Assembly: GCA_049323115.1 (NCBI GenBank)
Contig: JBMOMP010000031.1
Coordinates: 36,018 to 100,017 of the forward strand
Source of the DNA: Chloroflexota bacterium
GTDB taxonomy: Bacteria; Chloroflexota; Anaerolineae; Anaerolineales; Villigracilaceae
Length of the DNA: 64,000 nucleotides
Direction of reading: 5' to 3'
Position numbers and translations under genes: made by a program
Part shown: positions 1 to 8,177 of the stretch, one piece after another
How positions within the stretch are numbered: position 1 is the stretch's first letter
How the letters are laid out: every line of letters begins with the position of its first letter
The notes under the pieces: model-generated
The model's input: the letters and a program-made list of their open reading frames with translations, nothing else
The model's database searches: none
Told to the model about the DNA's origin: nothing

Positions 1-801
1 GCGCGTCAACCTGCGCATCTGGAGTTTTGCTTCTTCCACGTTCATCTCGCCTCGCAGGACAGCCGCTGCTTCCCGGTAGCCGATGGCCGACAAACTCGGC
101 ATGCCGGGGGAATAGCCCTTATCGAGCAAGCCCTGCACTTCGTCCAGCAAGCCAGTTGCAAACATGGTCTCGATGCGCTCGTCTATGCGCTTGTACAGTT
201 CTGCGCGTGGGCGTTTCAGCCCGATGGTCAGCAGACGGTATGGCGAGTCGCCGCGGCTGCGCTGTTCCGAAAAACGTTGACCGGTGGTCAGGATGACCTC
301 CAGCGCGCGGATGGTACGGCGTTCATTTCGAGGGTCGATCTTCTGCGCCGCCTGCGGATCGAGAAAATGTAGTTTTTTGTGTAGCCACAATCCGCCTTTT
401 CCTTCTGCCAATCTTTCCAGCGCGCCTCGCAGCCGTTCGTCCGGCGCGACCTCCGGCGGACTCCAGCCCTCTGTCATAGCGCGGACGTATTGCCCCGTCC
501 CGCCCACCAGGAAGGGCAGTTTGCCGCGCGCGTGGATGTCCGCAATGGCTTCCTGGGCCGCCTTCTGGAAGACCGCCAGCGACCAGGTCTGGTCGGGATC
601 GGCCACATCAATCAGGTGGTGAGGGACGTGCGCACACTCGGCGGATGTGGGCTTGGCAGTGCCGATGTCCATGCCTCGGTAGAAGAGACGCGAGTCTGCG
701 CTGACGATCTCGCCGTCCAGCCGCCCGGCCAGTTGAATGGACAACGCGGTCTTGCCAACGGCGGTTGAGCCGACCAGGAGGATGAGCGGGTGAGGTTGCA
801 T
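1..801 (-). CDS. miaA: tRNA dimethylallyltransferase (partial; 3' end lies beyond the window start)
   Basis: Reverse translation from the ATG at 801 gives MQPHPLILLVGSTAVGKTALSIQLAGRLDGEIVSADSRLFYRGMDIGTAKP.... This shows the P-loop GxTAxGKT plus the SADS..YRGMDIGTAKP MiaA signature. The frame stays open to position 1. It is absent from the ORF track because no stop lies in the window. Confidence 0.85.
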   Translation of the reverse strand, partial: MQPHPLILLVGSTAVGKTALSIQLAGRLDGEIVSADSRLFYRGMDIGTAKPTSAECAHVPHHLIDVADPDQTWSLAVFQKAAQEAIADIHARGKLPFLVGGTGQYVRAMTEGWSPPEVAPDERLRGALERLAEGKGGLWLHKKLHFLDPQAAQKIDPRNERRTIRALEVILTTGQRFSEQRSRGDSPYRLLTIGLKRPRAELYKRIDERIETMFATGLLDEVQGLLDKGYSPGMPSLSAIGYREAAAVLRGEMNVEEAKLQMRRLTR

Positions 802-808
802 CTCTCTG

Positions 809-2131
809 CTACTCAATGGGTGTACGCATCACCGGCGACGGCGCAACGGGCTGCGCGCGCGGCGGATCCTTCACCACGAAAACCAACATGGCGGCCATCA
901 ACAATCCGCACATAATCGAGACCATGAAAGTAGCCTGGAAGCCTACCGAATCAGCCAGCCAGCCGCCCAGGACTGGCGCCAGGATGGTCGCCGGGGCCGT
1001 GAGCGTGCTGGAGAGACCAATGTAATAAGGTCGCTCTTCTTCGGTCCCGAAGCGCACCGTAAGCGGCAGGGGGATGGTCCAGATGGCGACGATGGCCAGG
1101 CTGGTCAGGATGAAACTGGCATAGAACCAGTTTGCCGAAGGCGCCCCCAGCGCGATGGCGGCGCTCAGGGAAGCCGCCAGCCCGCCAGCCGCCATCACCA
1201 TGCGCGGACTCCAGCGATCGGCCAGCCGCCCCATTACCAAGCCAGACAGGATAGATGTCATCAAGAAGACGCCCGTCATGAGGCCGGTCTCGGCTTCGCT
1301 GACCCCAAATGTCCACACCACGTAAACGATGTAAAACGAAAAAGCCATGGCGGCAAACTGACTGAGCGAACGCATCGCCAGGAAAGCGACGAAATTCGCA
1401 TTGGCTTTCAGGATACGCTTGGATTCTTTCCAAAATCCGGCAGGTTTGCCTTCGGTGGGGCGCGGCTGGCCGTCTGGCTCACGGGTTAGCGAGATGAAGA
1501 GAAATGAGATGACTAGCGAGACGCTGGCAGCCAGGAAGCAGAGCGTAAAATCCAGCGGGCCGTCCAGGTGGTCCAGGATCAATCCTGATACTATTGCCGA
1601 AAACCCTTCCAGGCCGGTGAAAGCGGCCATTTGCGCGCCGAAAAATGTACCATGTAAGTGTGTTGGCATGATCTTGGTGATCAGGCTGGTCCAGGCGTTG
1701 GCCGCAAAGCCGCCGCCAAATCCCTGCCAGGCGAGCAGGATGAAGGTCAGGATGAGCGCAGTGTCCGCATTGAGGTGGGGCAGGAACCACGCAACGACGG
1801 CCAGTCCCAGGAACGGGATGCGTTCATGGATCGTCGTCCACAGCACGAGCGGTTTGATGTGTTTCGCGCGCGAAATCCAGCCGGCGGTGAGCAGTTGGGG
1901 GAGTAACCAACCAACGTTGTGGATGGCAGGCACCAATCCGATCAGCAGGGCCGAATCGGTCATTTGGGAAACGAAGAGCGGAATGACCGTGATGAAGGAG
2001 GCAAAGCCCAGCGCCAGGCCGAAAAAGCCGCCATCCAGCAGGTTGACGGTCAGGTTGAAGGGCAGGTTCTTGTGAATGAAGTGTTCGTTGGTGGAGGCGT
2101 GCGACATGGCCTGGATTGTACCCTGCTGCAC
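809..2131 (-). CDS. MFS transporter
   Basis: The 440-aa ORF is polytopic and hydrophobic, with about 12 predicted TM segments and MFS-like loops. It lies divergent to the TetR gene. The start is uncertain: GTG at 2131 or ATG at 2107. Confidence 0.8.
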   Translation of the reverse strand: MQQGTIQAMSHASTNEHFIHKNLPFNLTVNLLDGGFFGLALGFASFITVIPLFVSQMTDSALLIGLVPAIHNVGWLLPQLLTAGWISRAKHIKPLVLWTTIHERIPFLGLAVVAWFLPHLNADTALILTFILLAWQGFGGGFAANAWTSLITKIMPTHLHGTFFGAQMAAFTGLEGFSAIVSGLILDHLDGPLDFTLCFLAASVSLVISFLFISLTREPDGQPRPTEGKPAGFWKESKRILKANANFVAFLAMRSLSQFAAMAFSFYIVYVVWTFGVSEAETGLMTGVFLMTSILSGLVMGRLADRWSPRMVMAAGGLAASLSAAIALGAPSANWFYASFILTSLAIVAIWTIPLPLTVRFGTEEERPYYIGLSSTLTAPATILAPVLGGWLADSVGFQATFMVSIMCGLLMAAMLVFVVKDPPRAQPVAPSPVMRTPIE

Positions 2132-2137
2132 AGCCTC

Positions 2138-2165
2138 TTGACAATTGCAAAAAAGTAATTATAAT
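2138..2165 (+). promoter_or_regulatory. sigma70-type promoter for the TetR/ABC operon
   Basis: TTGACA (2138-2143), a 16-nt spacer, then TATAAT (2160-2165). It sits 35 nt upstream of the TetR ATG. Confidence 0.5.
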
Positions 2166-2169
2166 AATA

Positions 2170-2183
2170 AACGAACGTTCGTT
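2170..2183. promoter_or_regulatory. Perfect 14-bp palindrome, candidate TetR operator
   Basis: AACGAACGTTCGTT is its own reverse complement. It lies immediately downstream of the -10 box and between the divergent MFS and TetR genes. Confidence 0.5.
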
Positions 2184-2199
2184 CATTTTTAGGAGTTCA

Positions 2200-2823
2200 A
2201 TGACAGAAGATACTCTTTCCAAAGGTGAGCGCACCCGGTTGGTCATCCAGGAAGCGGCATACGAATTGTTTCTCGAGCAAGGTTACTCGGCCACCTCCAT
2301 GCGCCAGATCGCCGAGCGGGCTGGGATCGCGTTGGGTGGTATCTATAACCACTTTACCAGCAAGGATGAGATTTTCCAGGAACTGGTCATTGCCAAACAC
2401 CCCTATGTGCAGATTTTTCCGCTCTTGCACAATGTGCCTGGTGATACGGCCGAGGAATTTTTGACCAACGCTGCGCAAGTTATCGAGGCAGAAATGGGGC
2501 AACGTCCCGACTTTTTCAAACTAATGTTCATTGAGCTTGTCGAGTTCAGTGGAAGACATTTTGCCAAGCTGATCGAGAAAATTTTGCCGCTGGCGATGTC
2601 GATTTTGCAGCGTTTTGCAGATCCCCATAGTGGAATCAAACCGTTCTCGCCCATGTTGATCATGCGCACTTTTCTGGGGATTATCATTGGCTTTTATGTC
2701 ACCGGGCTTCTGATGGGTGATCCCAGTGTGCCCGCAGAATTGCGTAATGTACGGCTGAGTGATTTTGTCGATATATACTTGCACGGCATTTTGCAGAATC
2801 AGAAGACGACGCCTGTCTCTTGA
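2200..2823 (+). CDS. TetR/AcrR family transcriptional regulator
   Basis: The N-terminal HTH reads RTRLVIQEAAYELFLEQGYSATSMRQIAERAGIALGGIYNHFTSKDEIF. An internal ATG at 2200 is preceded by AGGAG (2191-2195). The upstream part of the ORF overlaps the promoter. Confidence 0.85.
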   Translation: MTEDTLSKGERTRLVIQEAAYELFLEQGYSATSMRQIAERAGIALGGIYNHFTSKDEIFQELVIAKHPYVQIFPLLHNVPGDTAEEFLTNAAQVIEAEMGQRPDFFKLMFIELVEFSGRHFAKLIEKILPLAMSILQRFADPHSGIKPFSPMLIMRTFLGIIIGFYVTGLLMGDPSVPAELRNVRLSDFVDIYLHGILQNQKTTPVS

Positions 2824-2879
2824 CGTCAGGCTGTCGAACTCAGGAGACTTTCAACTCCCTGTCACCCTTCGGAGAACTT

Positions 2880-4007
2880 ATGAACTCACGCCTCCTCTCC
2901 ATCATCCGAAAAGAATTCATCCAGATCGGCCGCGACGTGCGTACCTTGATCATGATCCTGGTCATCCCGATCATGCAATTGTTCCTGCTCGGATACTCAG
3001 CCACCAATGACGTGCGCAACGTTCCGCTGGCCGTGCTGGACCAGAGCCGCAGCCCCGAATCACGCGCCCTGCTGGAAGCCTACCGCGCCGCCGATTACTT
3101 CCGCATTGCTTACACGGTCGCCTCTGAGGCTGATATAGAGAACCTGATCGCTGGCGGCAAGGCGCGTGCAGCCGTCATCATCCCGCCCGACTATGCAGAG
3201 CGACTCAATGAGGGCAACGCCCAGGTTGCGTTCATCCTGGATGGTTCGGACCCAACGAGCGCCTCCACTGCGCTTTCGGCCGCGCAACTGATCAGCCAGT
3301 CTCATTCCACTGACTTGCTGACCCAGCGCTTTGCCCGCACCGGCATGGACTTGCAGGTCAAGCCGCCGGTCGAAGTCCGCACCACTGTTTGGTACAACCC
3401 CGACCTGGTCAGCGCCTACTTCATGATCCCTGGCGTGATCGGCATGATCTTATATGCCATTGCCGCCATCCTCACCGCTACTTCGATCGTGCGCGAGCGC
3501 GAGCGCGGCACCATCGAGCAACTCATCGTAACGCCCATCCGCCCGTGGGAATTGATCGTCGGCAAACTCATGCCCTACGTTATCCTGGGCTTTTTGAATA
3601 CCATCGAAGTTCTAGCCTTCGGCCACTGGTGGTTCGGCGTCCCCATCCGCGGCGACCTGGGACTCATCCTCCTGCTCTCGGGCATCTTCCTCGTCACCGG
3701 CCTTGGTATCGGACTGTTCGCCTCCACCATAGCCAACACCCAGCAGGAGGCCATGCTCACCGTTTGGATGACGCTCTTACCGAGCATTTTCCTTTCGGGC
3801 TTCTTTTTCCCATTGGAGGCTATGCCCGCTTTCTTGCAATGGCTGTCCTATTTGATGCCCTTGCGCTATTACCTCGTCATCATCCGTTCGTTGCTGCTCA
3901 AGGACGTCAGCCTTGCCATGATCCAGACTGACGTGATCGCCATGACCCTTTTCGCGGTTGGCATCATGACGGCCGCCGCCCTGCGCTTCCGCAAGAGACT
4001 CGACTAA
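2880..4007 (+). CDS. ABC-2 type transporter permease
   Basis: The N-terminus MNSRLLSIIRKEFIQIGRDVRTLIMILVIPIMQL is typical of ABC-2 permeases. A large extracytoplasmic loop is followed by 5 C-terminal TM segments. Start chosen at the internal ATG 2880. Confidence 0.8.
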   Translation: MNSRLLSIIRKEFIQIGRDVRTLIMILVIPIMQLFLLGYSATNDVRNVPLAVLDQSRSPESRALLEAYRAADYFRIAYTVASEADIENLIAGGKARAAVIIPPDYAERLNEGNAQVAFILDGSDPTSASTALSAAQLISQSHSTDLLTQRFARTGMDLQVKPPVEVRTTVWYNPDLVSAYFMIPGVIGMILYAIAAILTATSIVRERERGTIEQLIVTPIRPWELIVGKLMPYVILGFLNTIEVLAFGHWWFGVPIRGDLGLILLLSGIFLVTGLGIGLFASTIANTQQEAMLTVWMTLLPSIFLSGFFFPLEAMPAFLQWLSYLMPLRYYLVIIRSLLLKDVSLAMIQTDVIAMTLFAVGIMTAAALRFRKRLD

Positions 4008-4028
4008 CTTATTCCAAGGAGATTTTTC

Positions 4029-5336
4029 ATGAACCACAAACGCCCGCCGCTTCCCGTGATTATCGTCATCCTGTTGGTCGTTGCTGCCAGCGTCTATTTC
4101 ATCTTCAGCCAGAGCCTGAATGATCGCAATGGTGCCCTGGCCGCTTCCGGCGCGGTCGAAGCCGTCCAGGTGAACATTGCCCCCGAGCTCTCCGGCAAGG
4201 CATTGGAAGTCCTGGCCGAGGAAGGCCAGTCCGTTGCAAAGGATGACGCGCTTCTTTTCCTGGACCCCAGCCTGCTGACCGCCCAACGGGAGGTGGCCGC
4301 CGCTCAGGTGGACTCTGCCAGGGCCGCCCTTGCCTCTGCGCAGGCCAATTATGACCTGACCGTGCAGGCCGCGCTTGCCAGCCAGCAGGCCTCGCAGGCC
4401 AGGGATTGGCGTTTTTCTGCGCCCGATGAATTCAACCAGCCAGCCTGGTACTTCGAACAGGGCGAGCAATTGAAATCTGCCCAAACCGAAGTGGAAACAG
4501 CCAAGACTGCCCTCGAAACTGCGCAGGCTGATCTTGGCAAAGTCATCGCAGACTTGAATAACGCCGACTTGATTGCCGCCGAGCAACGCCTCGCCGATGC
4601 GCGCGCGGCCTTCCTGGTTGCGGATACGGTCAAGACCAACGCCGATTACGCCGCCGAAGGCGGTTTCCTCCAGAAGGCCGCCGATGACGCCTACAACAAC
4701 GCGCTGGACGAATTACGCGCTGCCCAGGATGCCTACAATGCGATGCTTGATACCCAGGCCACAGACGAGGTGGAAAAAGCGCGTGGCGCTGTGGTGGTTG
4801 CCCAGCAACGTTACGACGCGGCCTATGCCCGGTATGTTTCCCTGCAAACGGGATTGAATTCGCCGTCCGTCGTCACCGCGCAAAAGGCGCTCGATCAGGC
4901 TGCGTCTGCCCTTACCCAGGCCGAAGCCAACCTGGCCTTGCTCGATACGCAAATTGCCAAACTGACCGTCCTTGCGCCGATGGACGGCGTGGTCTTGACC
5001 CGCAGCGTGGAGCCGGGCGAGTTCGTCCAACCCGGTTCGACGGTCTTTGTCCTGGGCCAGTTGCACGACCTGACCATCACCGTCTACGTCCCCGAAGACA
5101 GGTACGGCGAGATCGATCTGGGGCAACAGGCGCAACTGACCGCCGATTCGTTTCCCGGCGAAACCTTCCAGGCTGTGGTCACCCAGATCGCGGATAGCGC
5201 CGAATACACCCCGCGCAACGTCCAAACTGTGGAGGGCCGCAGCAGCACGGTCTATGCTATCAAACTCAGCGTCAGCGACCCGGCTGGGAAACTCAAGCCC
5301 GGTATGCCTGCGGACGTGGTGTTCAGTAATCAGTAA
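4029..5336 (+). CDS. HlyD-family efflux adaptor (periplasmic membrane-fusion protein)
   Basis: It has an N-terminal TM anchor, a long Ala/Gln-rich coiled-coil hairpin, and a C-terminal beta-barrel (LTVLAPMDGVVLTRSVEPGEFVQPGSTVFVLG ... KPGMPADVVF). Confidence 0.8.
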   Translation: MNHKRPPLPVIIVILLVVAASVYFIFSQSLNDRNGALAASGAVEAVQVNIAPELSGKALEVLAEEGQSVAKDDALLFLDPSLLTAQREVAAAQVDSARAALASAQANYDLTVQAALASQQASQARDWRFSAPDEFNQPAWYFEQGEQLKSAQTEVETAKTALETAQADLGKVIADLNNADLIAAEQRLADARAAFLVADTVKTNADYAAEGGFLQKAADDAYNNALDELRAAQDAYNAMLDTQATDEVEKARGAVVVAQQRYDAAYARYVSLQTGLNSPSVVTAQKALDQAASALTQAEANLALLDTQIAKLTVLAPMDGVVLTRSVEPGEFVQPGSTVFVLGQLHDLTITVYVPEDRYGEIDLGQQAQLTADSFPGETFQAVVTQIADSAEYTPRNVQTVEGRSSTVYAIKLSVSDPAGKLKPGMPADVVFSNQ

Positions 5337-5358
5337 TCAGTAATCAGTTTTCAGTACT
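5324..5358. repeat. Heptanucleotide tandem array (CAGTAAT x3, CAGTTTT, CAGTACT) spanning the HlyD stop codon
   Basis: Read directly from the sequence. TAA occurs at 5327, 5334 and 5341, which covers all three frames. The reverse strand reads ATTACTG repeats, giving TGA every 7 nt. Confidence 0.8.
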
Positions 5359-5395
5359 GCAACATTTATGTTGCCCTTTGCAAGATGCATCTTGC
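5359..5395 (+). other. Two consecutive hairpins/palindromes in the HlyD-DUF385 intergenic region
   Basis: GCAACA-TTTA-TGTTGC (5359-5374) and the perfect 16-bp palindrome GCAAGATGCATCTTGC (5380-5395). Confidence 0.5.
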
Positions 5396-5419
5396 GGTAC
5401 TGACAGCCAGGAGATAACC

Positions 5420-5899
5420 ATGGCCGCAAAGTTCGATTGGTTGAAGATGAAAAATGTTCAAAAAATCCATCGTGTCCTCTACGCGATCGGGTTGGGCCCG
5501 CTTATCGGGAAGATCATCCTCCTGTTGACGACGACCGGCCGAAAGTCGGGAAAGAAGCGGGTGACGCCATTGCAATTCGAGAAGATCGGCGAGGATTATT
5601 ATCTTGGCGCGGCGCGCGGTCTCAAGGCGGACTGGGTGTGCAACATCCAGGCGAATCCGCAAGTGGAAGTCCGCGTCGGCGCGAGACGTTTTATCGGCCA
5701 GGCCGAAGTGGTCACCGACCCCAGCCGATTCGCCGACTTCATGGAAGTGCGCCTCGAACGTCATCCGCGCATGGTCGGATTCATCATGGAAAAAGCACAT
5801 CATTTACCGAGACGACCGACGCGCGAGCAATTGATGGAATTGGCAAAGAATGAGGCAATGGTAATCGTTCGGCCGGCGAGAGGTGCAAATGAAAAATAA
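5420..5899 (+). CDS. Deazaflavin (F420)-dependent nitroreductase family protein (DUF385/PNPOx-like)
   Basis: The family motif reads LLLTTTGRKSGKKRVTPLQF...YYLGAARGLKADWVCNIQANPQVEV. The ATG at 5420 is preceded by AGGAG (5410-5414). Confidence 0.65.
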   Translation: MAAKFDWLKMKNVQKIHRVLYAIGLGPLIGKIILLLTTTGRKSGKKRVTPLQFEKIGEDYYLGAARGLKADWVCNIQANPQVEVRVGARRFIGQAEVVTDPSRFADFMEVRLERHPRMVGFIMEKAHHLPRRPTREQLMELAKNEAMVIVRPARGANEK

Positions 5900-6290
5900 C
5901 GCTGTCCATTGGCTGCGCGTCAGTTACTGGGTCGGCGCGATTGTAGACTTCGCGGCGGGCCTGATGATGGTGATCCCCGCCCTGTTTGCCTTCATGAACC
6001 AGCCCGTGGATTTCCACCCAACCGCTGACTACCGCTACGCAATGGGCATGGGCGCGCCCTTGATGTTCGGCTGGACCGCCCTGCTGCTTTGGGCAGACCG
6101 TCAGCCGCTGGAGCGAAAAGGGATTCTCCCGATCACGTTACTTGTGGTCATTGGGGAGGTCCTCACGCAGGCTTGGGGTGTGACGGTTGGCTTTGTCCCG
6201 CTCGGCGCGCTGGTTCCAACGTTCCTCCTGCAAGCGGTTATTTTCGCGCTGTTGTTGTTTTCCTGGCTCACCGCAAGGAGAGTGGAATGA
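5883..6290 (+). CDS. Hypothetical small membrane protein (about 4 TM)
   Basis: The 135-aa ORF has four hydrophobic segments. It overlaps the upstream gene by 17 nt and the downstream ATPase start by 4 nt. No family was recognised. Confidence 0.45.
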   Translation: MQMKNNAVHWLRVSYWVGAIVDFAAGLMMVIPALFAFMNQPVDFHPTADYRYAMGMGAPLMFGWTALLLWADRQPLERKGILPITLLVVIGEVLTQAWGVTVGFVPLGALVPTFLLQAVIFALLLFSWLTARRVE

Positions 6291-7270
6291 CTGTGCTTGT
6301 TCAGGCCAACAGCCTACGAAAGACCTTTGGCGCAAATGCGGCCGTCGACGATGTGTCCCTGCGCATCGCGCCCGGCGAAATCTATGGCCTGGTCGGCTCG
6401 GACGGCGCGGGGAAGACGACCACCATACGCCTCCTGGTCGGCGCGCTCAAACCCGACGCAGGCGAGATCGAAATCTGCGGGTACAACGTGCTCAAGCAAG
6501 TCGAGCAGGCGCGTTCACAGATCGGCTACCTCTCGCAGCGTTTCTCCATGTACGAAGACCTGACCGTATTGGAAAACATCCGTTTCTTTGCCGAAGTGCG
6601 CGGGCTTTCCCAAACAGAGTGGCTGCCGCGCTCCATGGAGATCCTGGAATTTGTCGGGCTGGCCGGTTTCAAGGACCGCCGAGCCGGTCAACTCTCCGGC
6701 GGCATGAAGCAAAAATTGGGACTGGCCTCGGCCCTCGTCACCCGTCCGCGTGTTCTACTGCTCGACGAACCCACCACCGGCGTCGATCCCGTCACGCGCC
6801 AGGACTTCTGGCAACTGGTTATCAAACTTGTTTCGACCCCTCTCTCCGACTCTCCCCCTACTTTCGGAGAAAATGGGGGGAGTCGGAGTGGGGTAAGCGT
6901 CATCATCTCCACCCCCTACATGGACGAGGCCTCGCGCTGCCATCGTGTGGGTTTCATGAAAACGGGCCGCATCATCGCCGAAGATACTCCCTCCAACCTG
7001 CGCGCCCGGCTGAATGGGCGTGTGCTCGAATTGCGCGGCGAGCCGCTGGACGTGATGCGCCATGTCGCGCACCAGGATGAAGATGTGGAGGACGTAGCCG
7101 CATTCGGCGACCGGCTGCACCTGCGCGTGCGCGCCGGTAAATCAGAACATGTCTTGAGCCGCCTGCCAGGTGAAATCGAAAACGCGCACGGCAAACTGAC
7201 CGAATTGCGCTCCATCCCGCCCGTTCTCGAAGACGTGTTCATTGCCTTGTCGGAGCCGAACCATGGCTGA
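6287..7270 (+). CDS. ABC transporter ATP-binding protein (NBD 1; altered H-loop, carries an in-frame insert)
   Basis: Walker A GSDGAGKTT, signature LSGGMKQKL, Walker B LLLDEPTTGVD. The H-loop region reads STPYMDEA, with Pro where His is expected. Start at the internal ATG 6287 (MTVLVQANSLRKTFG). Confidence 0.85.
   Translation: MTVLVQANSLRKTFGANAAVDDVSLRIAPGEIYGLVGSDGAGKTTTIRLLVGALKPDAGEIEICGYNVLKQVEQARSQIGYLSQRFSMYEDLTVLENIRFFAEVRGLSQTEWLPRSMEILEFVGLAGFKDRRAGQLSGGMKQKLGLASALVTRPRVLLLDEPTTGVDPVTRQDFWQLVIKLVSTPLSDSPPTFGENGGSRSGVSVIISTPYMDEASRCHRVGFMKTGRIIAEDTPSNLRARLNGRVLELRGEPLDVMRHVAHQDEDVEDVAAFGDRLHLRVRAGKSEHVLSRLPGEIENAHGKLTELRSIPPVLEDVFIALSEPNHG
6837..6893. repeat. Imperfect ~57-nt palindromic element inserted in frame in the ABC ATPase gene
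   Basis: Left arm CCCCTCTCTCCGACTCTCCCCC (6837-6858); right arm GGGGGGAGTCGGAGTGGGG (6875-6893). It encodes the extra peptide STPLSDSPPTFGENGGSRSG, which is absent from the paralog at 7263-8174. Confidence 0.6.
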
Positions 7271-8174
7271 TTCCGTAATCGTTGTCGAAAACCTGACGCG
7301 CAAATTTGGCGATTTTGTGGCTGTTGACCACATCAGTTTCCGCGTAGAACCTGGTGAGGTCGTTGGCTACCTCGGCCCGAACGGTTCCGGCAAGACCACC
7401 ACCATCCGCATGTTGCTGGGCCTGTTGATCCCCAGCGATGGCAGGGCGACCGTCCTGGGATATGACGCATCTACACAAAGCGAAGCCGTCCGCGCGCGCG
7501 TGGGATACATGTCGCAGAAATTTGCGATTTATGATGACCTGACAACCCTGGAGAACTTGACTTTCTATGGCGGCGTCTACGGCATTACCGACAAAGCCCG
7601 CATCATGCGGACCCTCGAACTGGTCGGCCTCCACGGGCATGAGCATACGCTGACGAGGGACCTGTCCACCGGCTGGCGGCAGCGGCTTTCGCTTGCCATT
7701 GCGCTGGTGCATGAGCCGAAACTGCTCTTTCTCGATGAACCTACCTCAGGCGTAGACCCCACCGCGCGCCGCGCCTTTTGGGATTTGATCTACGAACTGG
7801 CCGAAGGCGGTGTGACCATCCTGGTGACCACCCATTACATGGACGAGGCCGAATATTGCGAGCGGGTTGGCATCATGCGTGAAGGTAAACTGCTGGCAAT
7901 GGATACACCCTCGAACCTGAAAGCCAACATTATTTCTGGCGATGTCTGGGAAGTCTTCGCCGAGCCGCTGCAACGCAGCCTGGACCTTTTGCTTGGCGTG
8001 CAGGGCGTACTGCGCGTGGGGTTGTCGGGCGATCATTTACGTGTGATTGTACAACGCCACCTGAAAAAAGATGTTTTGACAAAAGCGCTTAAATCACAAG
8101 GCGCACATGTCAGTCAAATCATAGTGGGAGAGCCAACATTGGAAGATGTATTCCTTAACTTAGCAAAGGGATAG
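7263..8174 (+). CDS. ABC transporter ATP-binding protein (NBD 2; degenerate signature motif)
   Basis: Walker A GPNGSGKTT, Walker B LLFLDEPTSGVD, H-loop TTHYMDEA. The signature is LSTGWRQRL instead of LSGGQ. The ATG at 7263 overlaps the upstream stop by 8 nt. Confidence 0.85.
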   Translation: MADSVIVVENLTRKFGDFVAVDHISFRVEPGEVVGYLGPNGSGKTTTIRMLLGLLIPSDGRATVLGYDASTQSEAVRARVGYMSQKFAIYDDLTTLENLTFYGGVYGITDKARIMRTLELVGLHGHEHTLTRDLSTGWRQRLSLAIALVHEPKLLFLDEPTSGVDPTARRAFWDLIYELAEGGVTILVTTHYMDEAEYCERVGIMREGKLLAMDTPSNLKANIISGDVWEVFAEPLQRSLDLLLGVQGVLRVGLSGDHLRVIVQRHLKKDVLTKALKSQGAHVSQIIVGEPTLEDVFLNLAKG

Positions 8175-8177
8175 TAG

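Noticed and set aside
3777-4586. 269-aa minus-strand ORF spanning the permease/HlyD junction
   Set aside because: It lies antisense to two supported genes, is Gly/Arg-rich, and has no motif.
5324-5358. Heptamer arrays (here and at 18434-18475) as a possible CRISPR or mini-array
   Set aside because: The units are only 7 nt and directly tandem, with no spacers and no cas genes. They are simple tandem repeats.
6187-7080. 297-aa alternative-frame ORF within the first ABC ATPase gene
   Set aside because: It is an extremely Arg/Pro/Gly/Ala-rich frame with no motifs, while the overlapping frame contains all the ABC motifs.
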